Below are positions 12,606-25,646 of a stretch of DNA of 64,000 nt, piece by piece. Below the pieces are notes generated by a model that saw only the letters and a list, made by a program, of their open reading frames with translations, made no database searches and was not told where the DNA came from. How positions within the stretch are numbered: the stretch's first letter is position 1; each line of letters starts with the position of its first letter. Source of the stretch: Paraspadella gotoi (Eukaryota; Animalia; Chaetognatha); assembly GCA_051294375.1 (NCBI GenBank), contig CM119266.1, positions 6,589,431 to 6,653,430 on the forward strand, read 5' to 3'. The translations under genes were made by a program, and so were the position numbers.

Positions 12606-12676
12606 AAACAAACGCTGATGAAGGCTTAAAGGCAAGAGCCGAAACATGTCCCAATTGTGAATAAAAATCGTTGTTT
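12606..12676 (+). ncRNA. Minimal type I hammerhead ribozyme motif (Penelope-like element remnant)
   Basis: CTGATGA (12615-12621), an extra A, stem II GGCTT/GAGCC (12623-12640), GAAAC-AT-GTC with palindromic ACATGT in place of stem III (12641-12650), then AATAAA. Proximal stem I is degenerate; AAACAAACG could pair with distal CGTTGTTT. Confidence 0.6.
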
Positions 12677-12752
12677 ACAAACAAACAAACTTTTTTTTCT
12701 CTATTTTTTTTTTCAAAATCCAAAAAACCCTTTTGTTCATTTTGTCTTTCTG

Positions 12753-12792
<40 letters not shown>

Positions 12793-13177
12793 TTTTTCTT
12801 TCTTTCTTTTCTTTTTTTTATCCATCCTTCTTTCCGACCTTCCTATTATCTTTCCGGCTCCAAAATAACTTCTACGTTTCCTCATCAGTTTCACGTTTCC
12901 TCTTTTGTTTTGTTTTGTTTTCGTATCTCGTTTCGCTTCTTCTTTTCGTCGCTCATCACATCTTCGTTTGCGAGATGAGTCGTCGTCGTTATCGTCGTCG
13001 TCGTCGTCGTTTCTCGTAACTATCAAGTCAAACCCAAAAAATCGAGAGACTCACTCCAAAGAGACTTACCTCTTTTTTTTTCTGGACGAACGAAACTTTT
13101 CAACTTTTTAAAATTTATCGAGTTTGTTTTTCGGCAGAAGAAAAGTAAACGAATGGAGTTGGGGGGACCTGGCAATT

Positions 13178-13545
13178 TTCGTTCGTTCGTTCGTTCGTTC
13201 GTTCGTTCGTTCGTTCGTTCGTTCGTTCGTTCGTTTGTTCGTTCGTTCTATCTCTCGTTTTTTTTCTTTTCTTTTCTTTTCTTTTCTTTTCTTTTCTTTT
13301 CTTTTCTTTTCTTTTCTTTTCTTTTCTTTTCTTTTCTTTTCTTTTCTTTTCTTTTCTTTCTATTTCTTTCGTTTGTTCATTTCTCTGTTTATTTTTTCTT
13401 TCGACTTCACAAATAATTTTTTCGCATTTTTCTTTTCTTTTTTTTTAGACACGAGATTCTTCGTGTGAGTCGGTTTCGTGTGAGGCTATTTTGTGTGAGA
13501 CGCTGTGTGAGTTTTAAGTGTGAAAAGGGAGTGCGTGTCTTTTTC

Positions 13546-13629
<84 letters not shown>

Positions 13630-13665
13630 TCTCTGCTCATCCATCTCTCTTTCTCTCTCTCTCTC
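13178..13665. repeat. Compound microsatellite block (TTCG)n, (TTTTC)n, (CT)n
   Basis: Visible tandem arrays at ~13178-13248, ~13262-13360 and ~13549-13665. Confidence 0.95.
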
Positions 13666-15971
13666 TTGTTGAGAGAGATTAGAGTATGAAAATTGAAATG
13701 GAGCGAAAGTAAGTTCGATCAAGTGCAAATGTCTCACCTCGATGTGTGAAATATTGTGGATTTTGTGAGACTTTTAATCTTTTAACTTTTCAGGATCTTT
13801 CTTTTTCTACCAGAATTTTCTCTCTCTAATCTTCACACGCGATTTTTGCCGAATCGAGACACAAATTACGAATTGACTCTTAATTTTCAATTTTTTTTTT
13901 ACATTTTCTCATCTTTCACAATTCATTCTCTGTCACACGCCTCTTCACTCACTCCTCCCATTTTGCCTTTTTAATGATCCAATCATTTTCAATTAATTTA
14001 TATTTTTTTCTCTTCAATTTCGTATCATCTCTTCTTTGCGGCTTAAAAAGATGTTTTTGGACGAATTAACCTCAAATTAAATTAATTCGAATTAAATGTT
14101 TTGCCTCGGGAGAAATCGATCACTCGAGTTCCAACGATCGCGTTTAACTTTAACCACTTTTTTTTTAAAAAAACTTTTTTTCTTTTTGAAACAAAAATTC
14201 GGTGTTTTTCATCTTCAAAACTCGACGGGTGTCGCCATCTTTGAACTTCCCACGCGAAGTTCGACGCCTTTTGTTTTTTGTTCGTCGCTCGCGGGGAAAA
14301 AAAAGTTGACAAAAAATAAACAAATCGAAATTATCGTTGGATTTAGTGCCGAAGGCGGAGACGAGTGAGAAGAAAAAAAAATAGTTTCGAAATTTGTTTA
14401 TTGTTCAATTTAAGTGTAATAAACAAAAGTTAAACCGAAAACGGGCTGGGCGTCGACGGTTCACTTTCGCTTCGAATTTTTTTTTCAAAACATAATATCC
14501 TTTTTCTTTTGTTTTTTGTTTTTAATTGTTTTTCTTTTGTTTTCGTTTTTAAAAAGTCCTACTTTTGGCGAAATTTATGTCCCGCGACTTGAGACGACGA
14601 ACGACGTAAACGGTTGGACCATTTTCGGTTCACATCTTTCCTTCGCTTACTCTATAACTCAGGAGTCAATCCCCTCTTTGTCTCCCACTCAGTCCCCCCT
14701 TAAAACTCATCCTTTAAGTGCATACCCCCTTCCCTTGCTCTCTTTTCTCTATTTTTTGGACCGACTCTAACTAAGTCTAAGTCTAAGTCTAACTTTCCAC
14801 GTCAATTTTTCATAAATTTATCTCCATTTACATTTTTTTCTCTCAACCGCCACTTTCATAACTTCCTTCCTTCCCTCATTATCTTATTTCATTTCTTTCT
14901 CCCTTCCTTTCCTCCCTCCTACTCTCCCTCCTTTCCTTCTCGCCCCCCAACCCCCAAAAACCGCGACACCCAACTTAAAAACGCCGACCCTAAATTTCCT
15001 CCCTAAAAATAAAATTCGAAATTCAATGAAATCCGCGATCTCTAAGTGTTACTCTCGAGCTGAGGTTTTCAAAAACTCAATAAACTTCCCCTTTTAACTC
15101 ATCTTTCTTCGTCTCATTTCCTCGCCCACCGACCAAATGCTCTTTTAGTCCAATCCTCCTCCCGCCTCTCTCCACCCTTTAACCCCTTCGGCCCCCCACC
15201 CGACTTCCCCCCATCCCGAAAAGGGCTTTTTAATTTTGGCTTCCTTAATTGATCGCCCCTAAACAAACGGAAAGGAAGGGGTTAATAACCGATTCCCTTT
15301 TTTGGGGGGGTTTAAAAGTCTCGTGGGGAGAAAAACATTAATTAGTCATTTGTTTCTCTTTTTCCCTTCAAAAAGTCTTGACGAGTTTCTGGTTTTAAAC
15401 TTCAGGAAACTTTCTTTTTTTTTTGGGGGGGGGGGAGAAACTTAACACCTTAATTCGTTTAACTTAATACTAACCTAACTTAACTAAATAGCGGCTTTTA
15501 AACTTTTAAAGAACTGGTCCTGTTTGTATTTATTTTGCAGCAATAGGAAAATAAAGGCTTCCATCTTTATTAAAACAATTATTTATTTGTGATACACGTT
15601 TTAGATTTAGGTTATTTACAAAACTTATTTTATCTGTTACTAAAAAAAAACAGTCCACTAAGAATTAACAATTATTAAATGAAAAATATATAATATATAA
15701 ATATATGTAGTTTTAAACAAGACGTTTTCTTATCTATGATATTAATAATTAAACATTGTGACGATTGTGGTTTTATTACATTAAATAATTAGTTCGTTAA
15801 TCGTTATACTTTACTAGGACATACATTGAGCGACGTTTTACGATGAGCTATATACAAAAATTTGAGCTCCGGCAATTCTTACCATTTTTAGTAACGTTAG
15901 ACAATTTATTAATGTTATCTCCGTCTACTTAAAAAAAATGCTATTCACAAACGAGGGTTCTTCATTGTGAA

Positions 15972-16923
15972 CTACGTGGAAACTCCTCCATTAACTTTTA
16001 AGGGTCGAACTTCACTACAAATTCGATCAGAAACGAAAGAAGCCAAAATTTCTACGACGTCGTCTTCGCCGGATTTTCTCGGCTTCCGGAATTCTACAAC
16101 TCGTTCCAACTTCTCTCCGGCGCCGAGTTTTTCCGGCGCCGTTTCCACCCGCGTCACTCCGGCGCCCTCGAGTCTGAAGACGCAATCGAGAAGATCCTCG
16201 CTGAAGGGGTTGGAGAAGGAGAGGCGAATGCGACGGACGCCCTCTTCCGACGGCGCCTCAGATTCCGACGCCACCGACTCCACTCCGACTTCCAACGATT
16301 CCAAATCGAGCAGAACGCTTTCGACGAAAGGTCGTCCGGCGCCGGAACTCGAGCGGACGAAGACGCCGAGACGCAGGAAGGCCTCGACTCCGAGGAAGAA
16401 TCCAAGATAATCGGCGCCGTCGACGAGCAATTCCAAGGTGCGCGACGAAGACGGCTTCACGTCCATCCCTCGCTCGCGCAGAGTCTTCAAGGCTTTGACC
16501 TCCAAGGATCGGCCGGCGTCGTCTACGACGTCCGCGATCAGATCCACATCGACGAGGCGTTCCGCTTCGGAGTCGTCGTTAGAGATGACGACGATGAGCC
16601 TCACCAACTCGCCAGGCGTCGCTCGAAACTCCGGCGTGATCTTTGTGGAGCAACGGAGGTCTTGGGGGAGCGACTCCAGCTGTTCGCGGAGTTGAAGGAG
16701 TCGTGGAGCGGATTGAGGGAAGAGGGAGTCGAGAGATGTGGAGGGTGGGTGGTAGGTGGAGCTGATGTCGTCGACGGAAGAGTTGAAGCGACCCATGGCT
16801 TTTTTGGAAAGGGGGCGGGGCAATCGGTTGATTGATTGATTGATTGAGTGTTGATGATGAGATTCTTTATTTATTTATTATTTATTATTTATATTTATTT
16901 ATTTATTTATTTATTTATTTATG

Positions 16924-16954
<31 letters not shown>

Positions 16955-17715
16955 TATTTTATATATAAATTTTCTGTCTTTTATAAATAAACTTAATTGA
17001 TGTCGAAAAGACAACGAAGAGGCTATATCTTCAGTGCACTTACCTTCCCAAAGAGCTGATGCCCTTACCTTTTGTACTGAGGCGCCTCCTCGTCGGCACG
17101 TCTTCCACTCTCAACACGTCCTTCTTCTCTTCTTCGCGTTTGAAGTCGACGACGACGGAATTGACTTCAGCGACGAAGGACTTCACGTCGAAGGAGGCAT
17201 CCTCGACGAGCCCCTTGACCGCTGCCACCGGCGTGGGTCCGACGACTCCGCCGCCGGCCCGCGGCGCCGCGTCGACCGCCTGCCATCCGCCCAATCCTTC
17301 GGGAAGATCGCGGCGTCGGAGCCAAACTTCGTTGAAGACGTCAAGAGGGGCGGTGGATAAGAGGCTGTCTCCTTCGCCGTCGACGAGGCGTTCCACGACG
17401 AGCGACTCGTCGGCGTCGCGTCCACAGTCGAATTTGGTGACGCACCTGGCGGGAATTCCCAAACTGCGGAGGAGGGTGACGACGAGAGCGGCGAAGACCC
17501 AAGGACGACGCGTCTCGACGGGAGACTGCGACGCCGCCCACTCCTTCAAGATGCCGGAGGAGGCGTTCCAGTCGCGCGACGCCGCTTGGCTGACGGCGTC
17601 GTTGGGGGGAGAGCGAAGGAGGACGAAATTGAACTGAGGGTTGGGAAGAGAGAGGAGATTGATTTTTGGTTTGATTTATTATGCTCAAAATGTGAATGTT
17701 TAACACAGTAACAAT

Positions 17716-17776
<61 letters not shown>

Positions 17777-19418
17777 AAGAGAGGATGAGATGAAGAGACT
17801 AGAGAGAGAGAGAGTTTGATTTAGATTTGAATTGGGTTGTTTTTAATTGATTTGCAATCGCAATGCAAAAAAATTTCTCTCTCTCTCATTCTTAATCTCT
17901 CTCTGTCTCTCTCTCTCTCATTCTTTCTCTCTTATTTAAACAACCCTCACCCCAACCACCCACTCACCCCCCCACTTTCCTCACCTCCGCCACTCTCCTA
18001 ACCACTTTAACCGCGTCTCCTCTATCCTCTCTATCCTCGATCCTATCCAAAATCCTCAACGCGGCGTCGACGCTGATCGGATCGAATTGATCGAAGATCC
18101 AAGGTCGACCCCGCGGCCGAGACGCGACGCCGGTAAATACGCGCCCGGCGTCGTTGAGGACGAATTCGTCGCGAGCGGCGTCGTCGTCGATATAGACGTC
18201 GTCGTCGGCGTTCCATGGATTGAAGAGGACGACGAGGGGCGTGGCGAAACGGGAGAGCAGGCGCCAAGGAGCGGCGGGGGCTTCCGCTGCGTCGGCTGCT
18301 GCATCCGCTGCATTTGCGTCTGCTGCGGAGTCGGAAGCCGCGGCAACAGCGTCGGCTGCGGCGTTTGCAGCAGCAGCAGCGTCGGCTGCGGCTTCTGGTG
18401 GATCCCGACGCCAAACTTCAAAGGCGACGAGGTATTTGGAGACGGAGGCGTCGACGGGTATGTCGACGAGAAGATCGATCCACTCCGATTTCTCCGATTC
18501 GTCGTTTTCGCGTCTCAACCGCCATCTTGGTTTCTTCGCGACTTTCTTTTCTTCTTCTTTCTCTTCTTTTTCTTTTTCTTCATCTTTCTTCTCTCCTTCC
18601 TCCTCTTCCTTCTTATCTTCTTCTTTATTCTCTTCTGTTTTCTTCTCTCCTTCCTCATTTTCTTTCTCTCCTTCTTCCTTCTTTCTTTCCTTTTCCTCCC
18701 TCTCTCCTTCTTTCTCCACCTCCAACACAATCTTCCTCCCCTCACTTCCTCCTCCTCCTTCTCCTATAGTGACCCACAGCGACGCCGCCTTATCCTCCAA
18801 CGCCGACGCCGCCGTTCGGAATCGAAGAGCGCCGCCACGACGGACGAAGACGGCGTCTGGGACGTCTTTTGACGCATCATAATCGAGCGTGTGATTGGCG
18901 GCGTCGTTGTCTGCGCGTCGAAGATCCAGCCAATCGGGAAGCGGCGTTGTCGGCGCCGTTTTCCGAGTCTCGGCCGAAGCGAGACGCGACGCCGGGCGTG
19001 ACGCCGTTTTTGACGCTGGTCTCGAGCCCACCTCTGGCGCCGCCTCGGGAATCGCATCTGTTCCATTAACAGTTCCGTTTTGAACTGACATTCGCGACGC
19101 CGCACGTGACCCAGTTTTTGACGCCGGACGTGACCCAGTTTTTGACGCCGGACGTGACCCAGTTTTTGACGCCGGTCGCGATGGCGGTTTAGCGCCTGCT
19201 TCTGTCTCCACCGCTACCGGCGCCGTCTCCGTCTCTGTTTGAGACGCGAGACGCGACGCCGGCCGTGAGGCGGTCTTTGACGCCGGTCGTGAAGCGGTCT
19301 TTGACGCCGGCCGTGACGAGAGCTTCGTCTCGCCATCTGTCGGAGCAGGATCGTTGGTTCCCTCGGCGTCGCCGGCGCCGTTTTTAACGGAAGCTGACGA
19401 TGGAGGGCGTGACGGCAT
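15972..19418 (-). CDS. Transglutaminase-family protein, predicted catalytically inactive (~941 aa, 3 coding exons), antisense within the predicted septin 5' intron
   Basis: Exons 19418-17985, 17633-17069, 16798-15972 (phases 0 and 1; 2826 nt). TGase motifs: NHT..Y...FVRRGG, LFNPWNADDDVY...EFVLNDAGRVF.G...RPWIFDQF, WVFAALVVTLLRSLGIPARCVT, NEVW.RRRDLPEGLGGWQAVDA.P, GPTPVAAVK, FVAEVN, LSTKAMG...DISSTY, and C-terminal barrel FSNPFSEDLLDC.F.LEGAG. Confidence 0.9.
19100..19320 (-). repeat. Coding tandem repeats (SRPASKT[A/G])n in the transglutaminase N-terminal extension
   Basis: 24-bp units such as GACGCCGGACGTGACCCAGTTTTT repeated in the DNA. SRP[A/P]S recurs in three clusters of the protein, including one near 18985-19030. 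Confidence 0.9.
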
Positions 19419-22400
19419 TTTTTTATGGGGGCGTTGAAATGTTATTCTGTTTGCGTTTCTAACTTGAAATCTAATGCGACTCGTTTTTATTCTTGGAAAA
19501 TAATGAAATCGAGAATTGAATTCTTTTTTCGTCGTCGCTATGTTTACTCAGTTGACTTGACTATCGCTTTGTTTTGGAAATTAAGAAATGAGAAAATCTC
19601 CGGTCATGAAAATCCATGAGTCGGTCTTCGTCCCGGGTCGGGCGACTTGGACATTCGAAGGCGAGAGAGAAAAAACCCGGAGTGTTAAAAAAAGAGTGTA
19701 AAAGACAAAAGAGTGGCAAAGGAATGATTCCTAAAACGGCAAATCCGATCTGTTGGATGGTAAAAATATAGTTCTGGATTCTGGAATGTTGTAAATGATC
19801 CATCTGATTGTGAAATGTATTGTAATTACATCCCTGATTTTCCCAGCCTGGTCGTCCATCTGATCCCGGGACGTTTCTCAAATCCTTGGGAACAGGTGGT
19901 TAAAGGGCGAAGTGGCAAAAGGCCTCGAGCACCGAAGACCTTAGGGTCGAAGGGAGGCTAAAGGCCTCGATCCATTCGGGCCATAAATCAATTGACCCTC
20001 CGAGGTTGAAAGGGGCTGAGGTCCGCACGACTTCCGGCTTCTTTTTCTCCTCTTCCTCTTCCTCCTTCCCTCGCTTGCACGACAACAGTTTTTTTCCATC
20101 TTCCCCCACCCGCTGGCTGCCCTTACCTTTTTTTATATCCACCCCTGTCCTTTCCCTCCTCATCATTTACTCCTCCCCCTTCTCCCTACTCCTCCTCCTC
20201 CTCCTCCTCCTCTTCTATTTGATCGGCACACGTCATTTGATTTCAAAGTCGATGAGATGAATTTCTCTTCATTCATTAGTCAATCTTTTTTTTGTTTACT
20301 TTTCTTTCTTTTTTTTTCTTTTTTCTTTTCTTTTTTTTCTTTTTTCTTATTTCCAGACTTTTATTTTCTTTAACGAGATATTTTTCACTTAACCACGCAT
20401 TTATTTTTCGACAATATGTAACTTATTCCGACTCGCTTAACCCTTTATACACCCCCGTTTATCCACACATCCACCCACTCTCTGCCCACGCACCCACCCT
20501 TCCTTTAAATCCGACTCCCTCTCGTCCAACATTAAAAGAAGATATAAAAATACTTTAAAAAAGAAAGAAAAAAAAGGAAAAGAAATCTTTAAAAAAAAGA
20601 TAGAAAAAGTAAGAAATTCTTAATTCTGCCAAAGAATTAAATTCCATTCGGTTCCAAACTCATTTTACGGATCAGAATTCGTCGGCGTCTTTTGTCTTTT
20701 TCTCTTTCGGTTTTTATCTTTTGTTTGAATTTAGATCTTCTTTGTCTCGAGTCTAAATTTTAGGTTAAAATTATGTTTTGGTTTTGATAATGAAGGTAAA
20801 CAACTCGTGAATAATTAAAATCGTCATCTTCATCTCGAGGAGTTTATCGTTTTTAAAACATTTATTAACTCGATTGAAGATTTTGGCTTTAATGAATTAT
20901 CCACAGTGATTTTAGTACGACAAAATTATGAAATTCCTTTTGATAAAATTACCACTCTCTTAAATTTGTTGAAACTTGAAATTTTATCTTTCGATATAAA
21001 TCCTTGGATTATTTCCCAAATTTTTATCTCTCGAAGAATGTTATTTTTCTAAACCTTAGATTAAACATTTTCAATTTTTATCGGAGTGAAATTATTTAAT
21101 ATTTAAGAAATTTATTGAAATTTTGGGAATGTTATATTTTGAATGGAATCGGTCCAATTAAAAAGAAAAAATATTCTCCTCCTTCACGTCTCACTCTCTA
21201 TTCTTTATTCTTTATTCTCTTTTTATCTCTACCTTTTTTATTCTTATTACATTTATTTTCTTCCTTAATATTCTTATCCTTTCCATCTCATATTCACAAA
21301 ATCTAAACATCAAAAAATAAAACATTGTTTTCTAATATCATTTTCTCGTCTTTCAATAATCCTTTGTTTTGTCTTTCTCTTCTCCCAACCCTCCCTCTTC
21401 CTTTTCTCTCCCGAAAAAAATAAAACAAAAGACGAATCGATGGAGATGATATTTCGATGAGTCAGAAGAAACAAAACAATAACACGGCGCCCAATTTTAG
21501 CCCAATTTGCCCCAATCGCTGATGGGCCCCGAGTTCGTTTCCCATCCCTCATCTCAAAACTTCTTATTTTTTTCGATGATCCTTCTCTCGTATTTTTTTG
21601 TTCGTTCACAGTTCACCGTTCACGAGTTGACGTTATGAACGGTCCTCATTGTCCGTATCCTTATCCGCCTTATCTCGGGCTCAGTTGGGTCGCTTATTCG
21701 GCATCTCTGACCTCTTGTGACCGTACTTTGTGATTTGGCGTCTCACTGAACTAATTGACTTTTCACGATTTTTACTGGATTCCTAAATCTTTGTCTTCAT
21801 TGTCTTCGTTGCTTAATATTAAATGAATGGATAATTTTTATATTGCTATATTGGCATATATATTTCAACGAAACGATCGTTTGTAAACATCTCGCGAAGT
21901 AAACATGTAAACTCTAAAAATGTTATGACCGTGTGATCAATTGATCATCATATCACACTCACTGATACACTTTCACAACTTTCTCTCGTCCTTCTTTCGA
22001 GTATTCATCGTTCATTCATTCACTCGTTCATCGTTCATCTCCTTCATTCATTCGCCGCGTTCATCATCGATCATCGATCCGCATCCATCGAAAAGAGAGA
22101 GTGAGAGTTTCCCGTTGATTGGCGCGATTTTTCGGCGACGAACGAGTTTTTTTTTCTACGGTTTTTTCGCTTTTAATTTATCGTCGAACGCGATTTACGA
22201 ATTTCGTGGACAGTTGATGGATGATCGGTCGGGATTTTTAAGCCGATCGAACGAGACGAGAGAGTTTAATGCGTATTTTTAAGGACGTTGTTGTGATTGA
22301 GAACCGAATCACCGTTTTGTACCATTGCTCAATTGTTTTTATTTCGAATTTAAAAGTTGTTTGTTGAGTTAAAGAGAGTTGAAGTAAACAATTAAACTGA

Positions 22401-24162
22401 AAGCTGAGACTAGTAAAATATACAAAAACAGAGTAAGCCAATCGAATAATAATTTTAACTTGATCTAAGTTCACCTTCCCTATCTATAATTCTATATCAG
22501 ACAGTCACACTATTCGCATTTAGGGCATCGAAGGAAATCGAAGCCTCGATTTCGTCGGATTAACGGATTACGCGTCGTCCCGTCCTTGAGGCTCGAAAGC
22601 CTTTCGGTCGTAGCGGCGAGAGAACGAAACACAATAAACAAAACAAAAGACTCGGGATGGGAGTTTGAAAAAAAAAAAAAAAAAAAGCGAAATGAAAGTT
22701 TTAAAAAACCGTTAAGAGATAAAAAAAATATATGAAAATGATATTAAAACAAAACAAAAAAATTTTTATCTTAAAAAAAATCTGACGAAACGAAACCCCC
22801 CCCAAAAAAGAAATACAAATTAAAAAAAATCCAAAACAAAACTAACAAACAAACAAACATTACCTTCACAAAAACGAAACAAAAGATCCTTTGAAATAAT
22901 TTTGGCGATAAAATTCGTCTCTTAGTCCAAATCTTTTCTTTCTTCTTTTCAATAACCTGTTTTTTTTCTTTCTCTCCTTTTTCTTCTTTTTTCTTTCTTA
23001 TTCGACGAAACATTACCTCTTTTATTTATAAATTATTCATACGATTTAGCCAAAACATTAAACCTTCGAACAAAGATTTATTCTTCGAGTTATTATGTTA
23101 CATATATCGAGTTTTTTTTTAATTTACCATTGCCGACTTTTCGCTGGCCAAGAATTCTGGACGACATTTGGCCGCAATTTTCATTTCGAATTTTTTTCGA
23201 AAAGTAAAAAAAAAACTCGCGTCGACTAATGTTTTTTTTTTTTTTTAGTTTTTATTTTTTAATTTAATTAGAAAATATTTATTGTCTTGATTTTCAGCAT
23301 ATATGACTACATCTAACCATTTTTATATTATTCTTGTGGCCGTGGTTATTGTAGAAACGTATTGAAATAAAAGTTGAACAAATGACAAGTCCTGCTCGCT
23401 TTTTAAAAATTAATTCTCCCGAATGCGACGGCACGAATCACCGTTTATTATCCTTCAGTCTTTTTGTCTTTTATTTAGTTAATCGATAACTTGTTCTCAT
23501 CACTTTCTTCTTTTCATCGTCGTTAAAGTATAACTAATACGAACTGTCTAAGCAAGTTAACATACTTAGTATATTGTATATTGTACAACCATTCTTCGTC
23601 ACTTTCACTCCTACTCTCTCCCTTAACCGCTAAAGCCTCTTCAAACATCCCAAAGGTGACTAAATCTCTTTTTGTGGAATAAAAAAACAAAAGAATAATC
23701 CTCATTATTTTACTTCGCGTCGCGAGCGGCGGAAGTAAACAAATGTCGTTCGATAGAGGGACATCTTTATGTTAATCGTCAGATTAAAAAATTGAAGAAA
23801 ACAAAAGAACAATCCAATACAAAATAATAAGGAAGAAGAAATAAAAGGAAATAGAAATAAATAACTCGATGTCGATCGAATTCGAGGCGGCGTTTCGATT
23901 CGTCGTTGGTGGCCTCGACTCTCGATCCTCTTCCCGACGCCTTCGAACCATCTTCCCAATTCGGTCGTCGACTTTTTATATTTTTTTAATTATTTTTTTT
24001 AATAAGAAAAAGATTCTTTTTTACCTTAAAAAAAAGAAGAAAATCATCAATTTTCTTCGTCGGAATTTGAAAACGGAAAAGGACTCCCTCTCCTTTCTAG
24101 TCTCTGTTTATTTTCCTTCGATAGCTTTTTTTTTTATTTCAAGGGGGGTTCTTTTGAATATT

Positions 24163-24239
<77 letters not shown>

Positions 24240-24313
24240 GTTTGTGTCTACTCAAAACGACCATCAAATCGAAAGCGACTCGGGTTGTTTCAACCTGCGC
24301 TCTCACTCTCTCT

Positions 24314-24376
<63 letters not shown>

Positions 24377-25346
24377 AAATAAATCTGTTTTTTTCATGTG
24401 TTTTTTTCCCTGCGAATTCGTCATCTCAGTTTATTCACAAACTCTTCATCTCAAGCGACTGTGAACCGAGAAAGCAAAGGTTTCAACCCTCTCTTCTGCT
24501 TGCTTACTTGCTTGTTAGCTTGCTTATAACCTTTCTTCTCTCATTCTTTCTTTTTTGATTACTTTCTCTGATTTATTCCTTCTAATTTTTTTTCCTTTTA
24601 TTCTTTCTTTCTTTTTCTTTTTCCTTCTTTATCGCTTTCTTTACTTTTATATTTTTTTTGTCTTTCTATTTTCTTTCTTGGTTTCTTTTTTTCTTTGTTT
24701 CTTTCTTTAATTTTTTCGTTTGTCTCTTTTTCTTAAAATTAAAAGGAGTGATAAGTTAAACGCAATATGTATGACCTGTTTGCGTTTGCTTCCGAATGAG
24801 GCGTGGCATTGCAACCCGTCGAATCTATTAAACTTAAATCTGGGAATTTTAAAAAGTTTACCTAAAACATTAGCTCACAACATCATTTATTTATCAAGTA
24901 TTCTCGTCAGGTAACGGGCCAACCTGTGAATTCCACGCGACTCGTCATTCCGACAAAAAAAAAACTTGGCGACTAAACCTGACTGCTCAGTAATTCCAAA
25001 TATGGCAAGACTTTCCTTTTGTCTTCTTCCTCCTCCTCCTCCTGCTCCTCCTCCGCTTTCTTCGCTTCCATCCTCCCCCCGCCCCCCCGTTCTCTTTCTT
25101 CGCGCTTCATTTGATTCGTCGACATCAAAAGACAAAAAAAAATCTTGTTTTACTTTGTCTTCATCATTTTAATCATCATTTATTTTTTTCGGATATCCTT
25201 TTTTTTTCCCCTTTTCTCTAGGAGCGATTAACTATTAATGGGGCTTTAAGCCTTTTCAACCTTTCGCCAATTAAACCGAGCGCTTTGTGTCCCAATTAAT
25301 CGCTTTCAATGGAAAGGAGTCTCTTTGTGCGCCCTCACCGACACCC

Positions 25347-25388
<42 letters not shown>

Positions 25389-25520
25389 TTTCATCACAAT
25401 TCCTCTCCCCCCCGCCTTATTTCACCTCCCATGGCAGAAACCAAAAAAGACTCCCGCGCTGTCGTCTGCTCGCTTTCGGCTTCGCGTGCTGGTCGTCACT
25501 CTTAAAATCCTCGCATTATC

Positions 25521-25646
25521 ATTGGTTCCCTCAGAATCGTTCCTCCCCTCCCGATTGGTCGAAAATCTCGAAATTCACGCACGGTAAATATTGCGCGAGT
25601 CAGCGACGCGATTGGTCCATGCCTCTGTGAAACGGCTTCCCATTGG
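25521..25646. promoter_or_regulatory. Cluster of four CCAAT boxes (ATTGG on +); putative internal promoter
   Basis: ATTGG at 25521, 25554, 25611 and 25642 (pair spacings 33 and 31 bp) in a GC/CpG-richer patch. Confidence 0.45.

Noticed and set aside
12872-12890. Second hammerhead on the - strand (CTGATGAGGAAAC)
   Set aside because: There is no stem II between the core boxes.
15967-18882. Long + strand ORFs overlapping the transglutaminase
   Set aside because: Antisense shadows of GC-rich coding exons; the - strand carries the family motifs.
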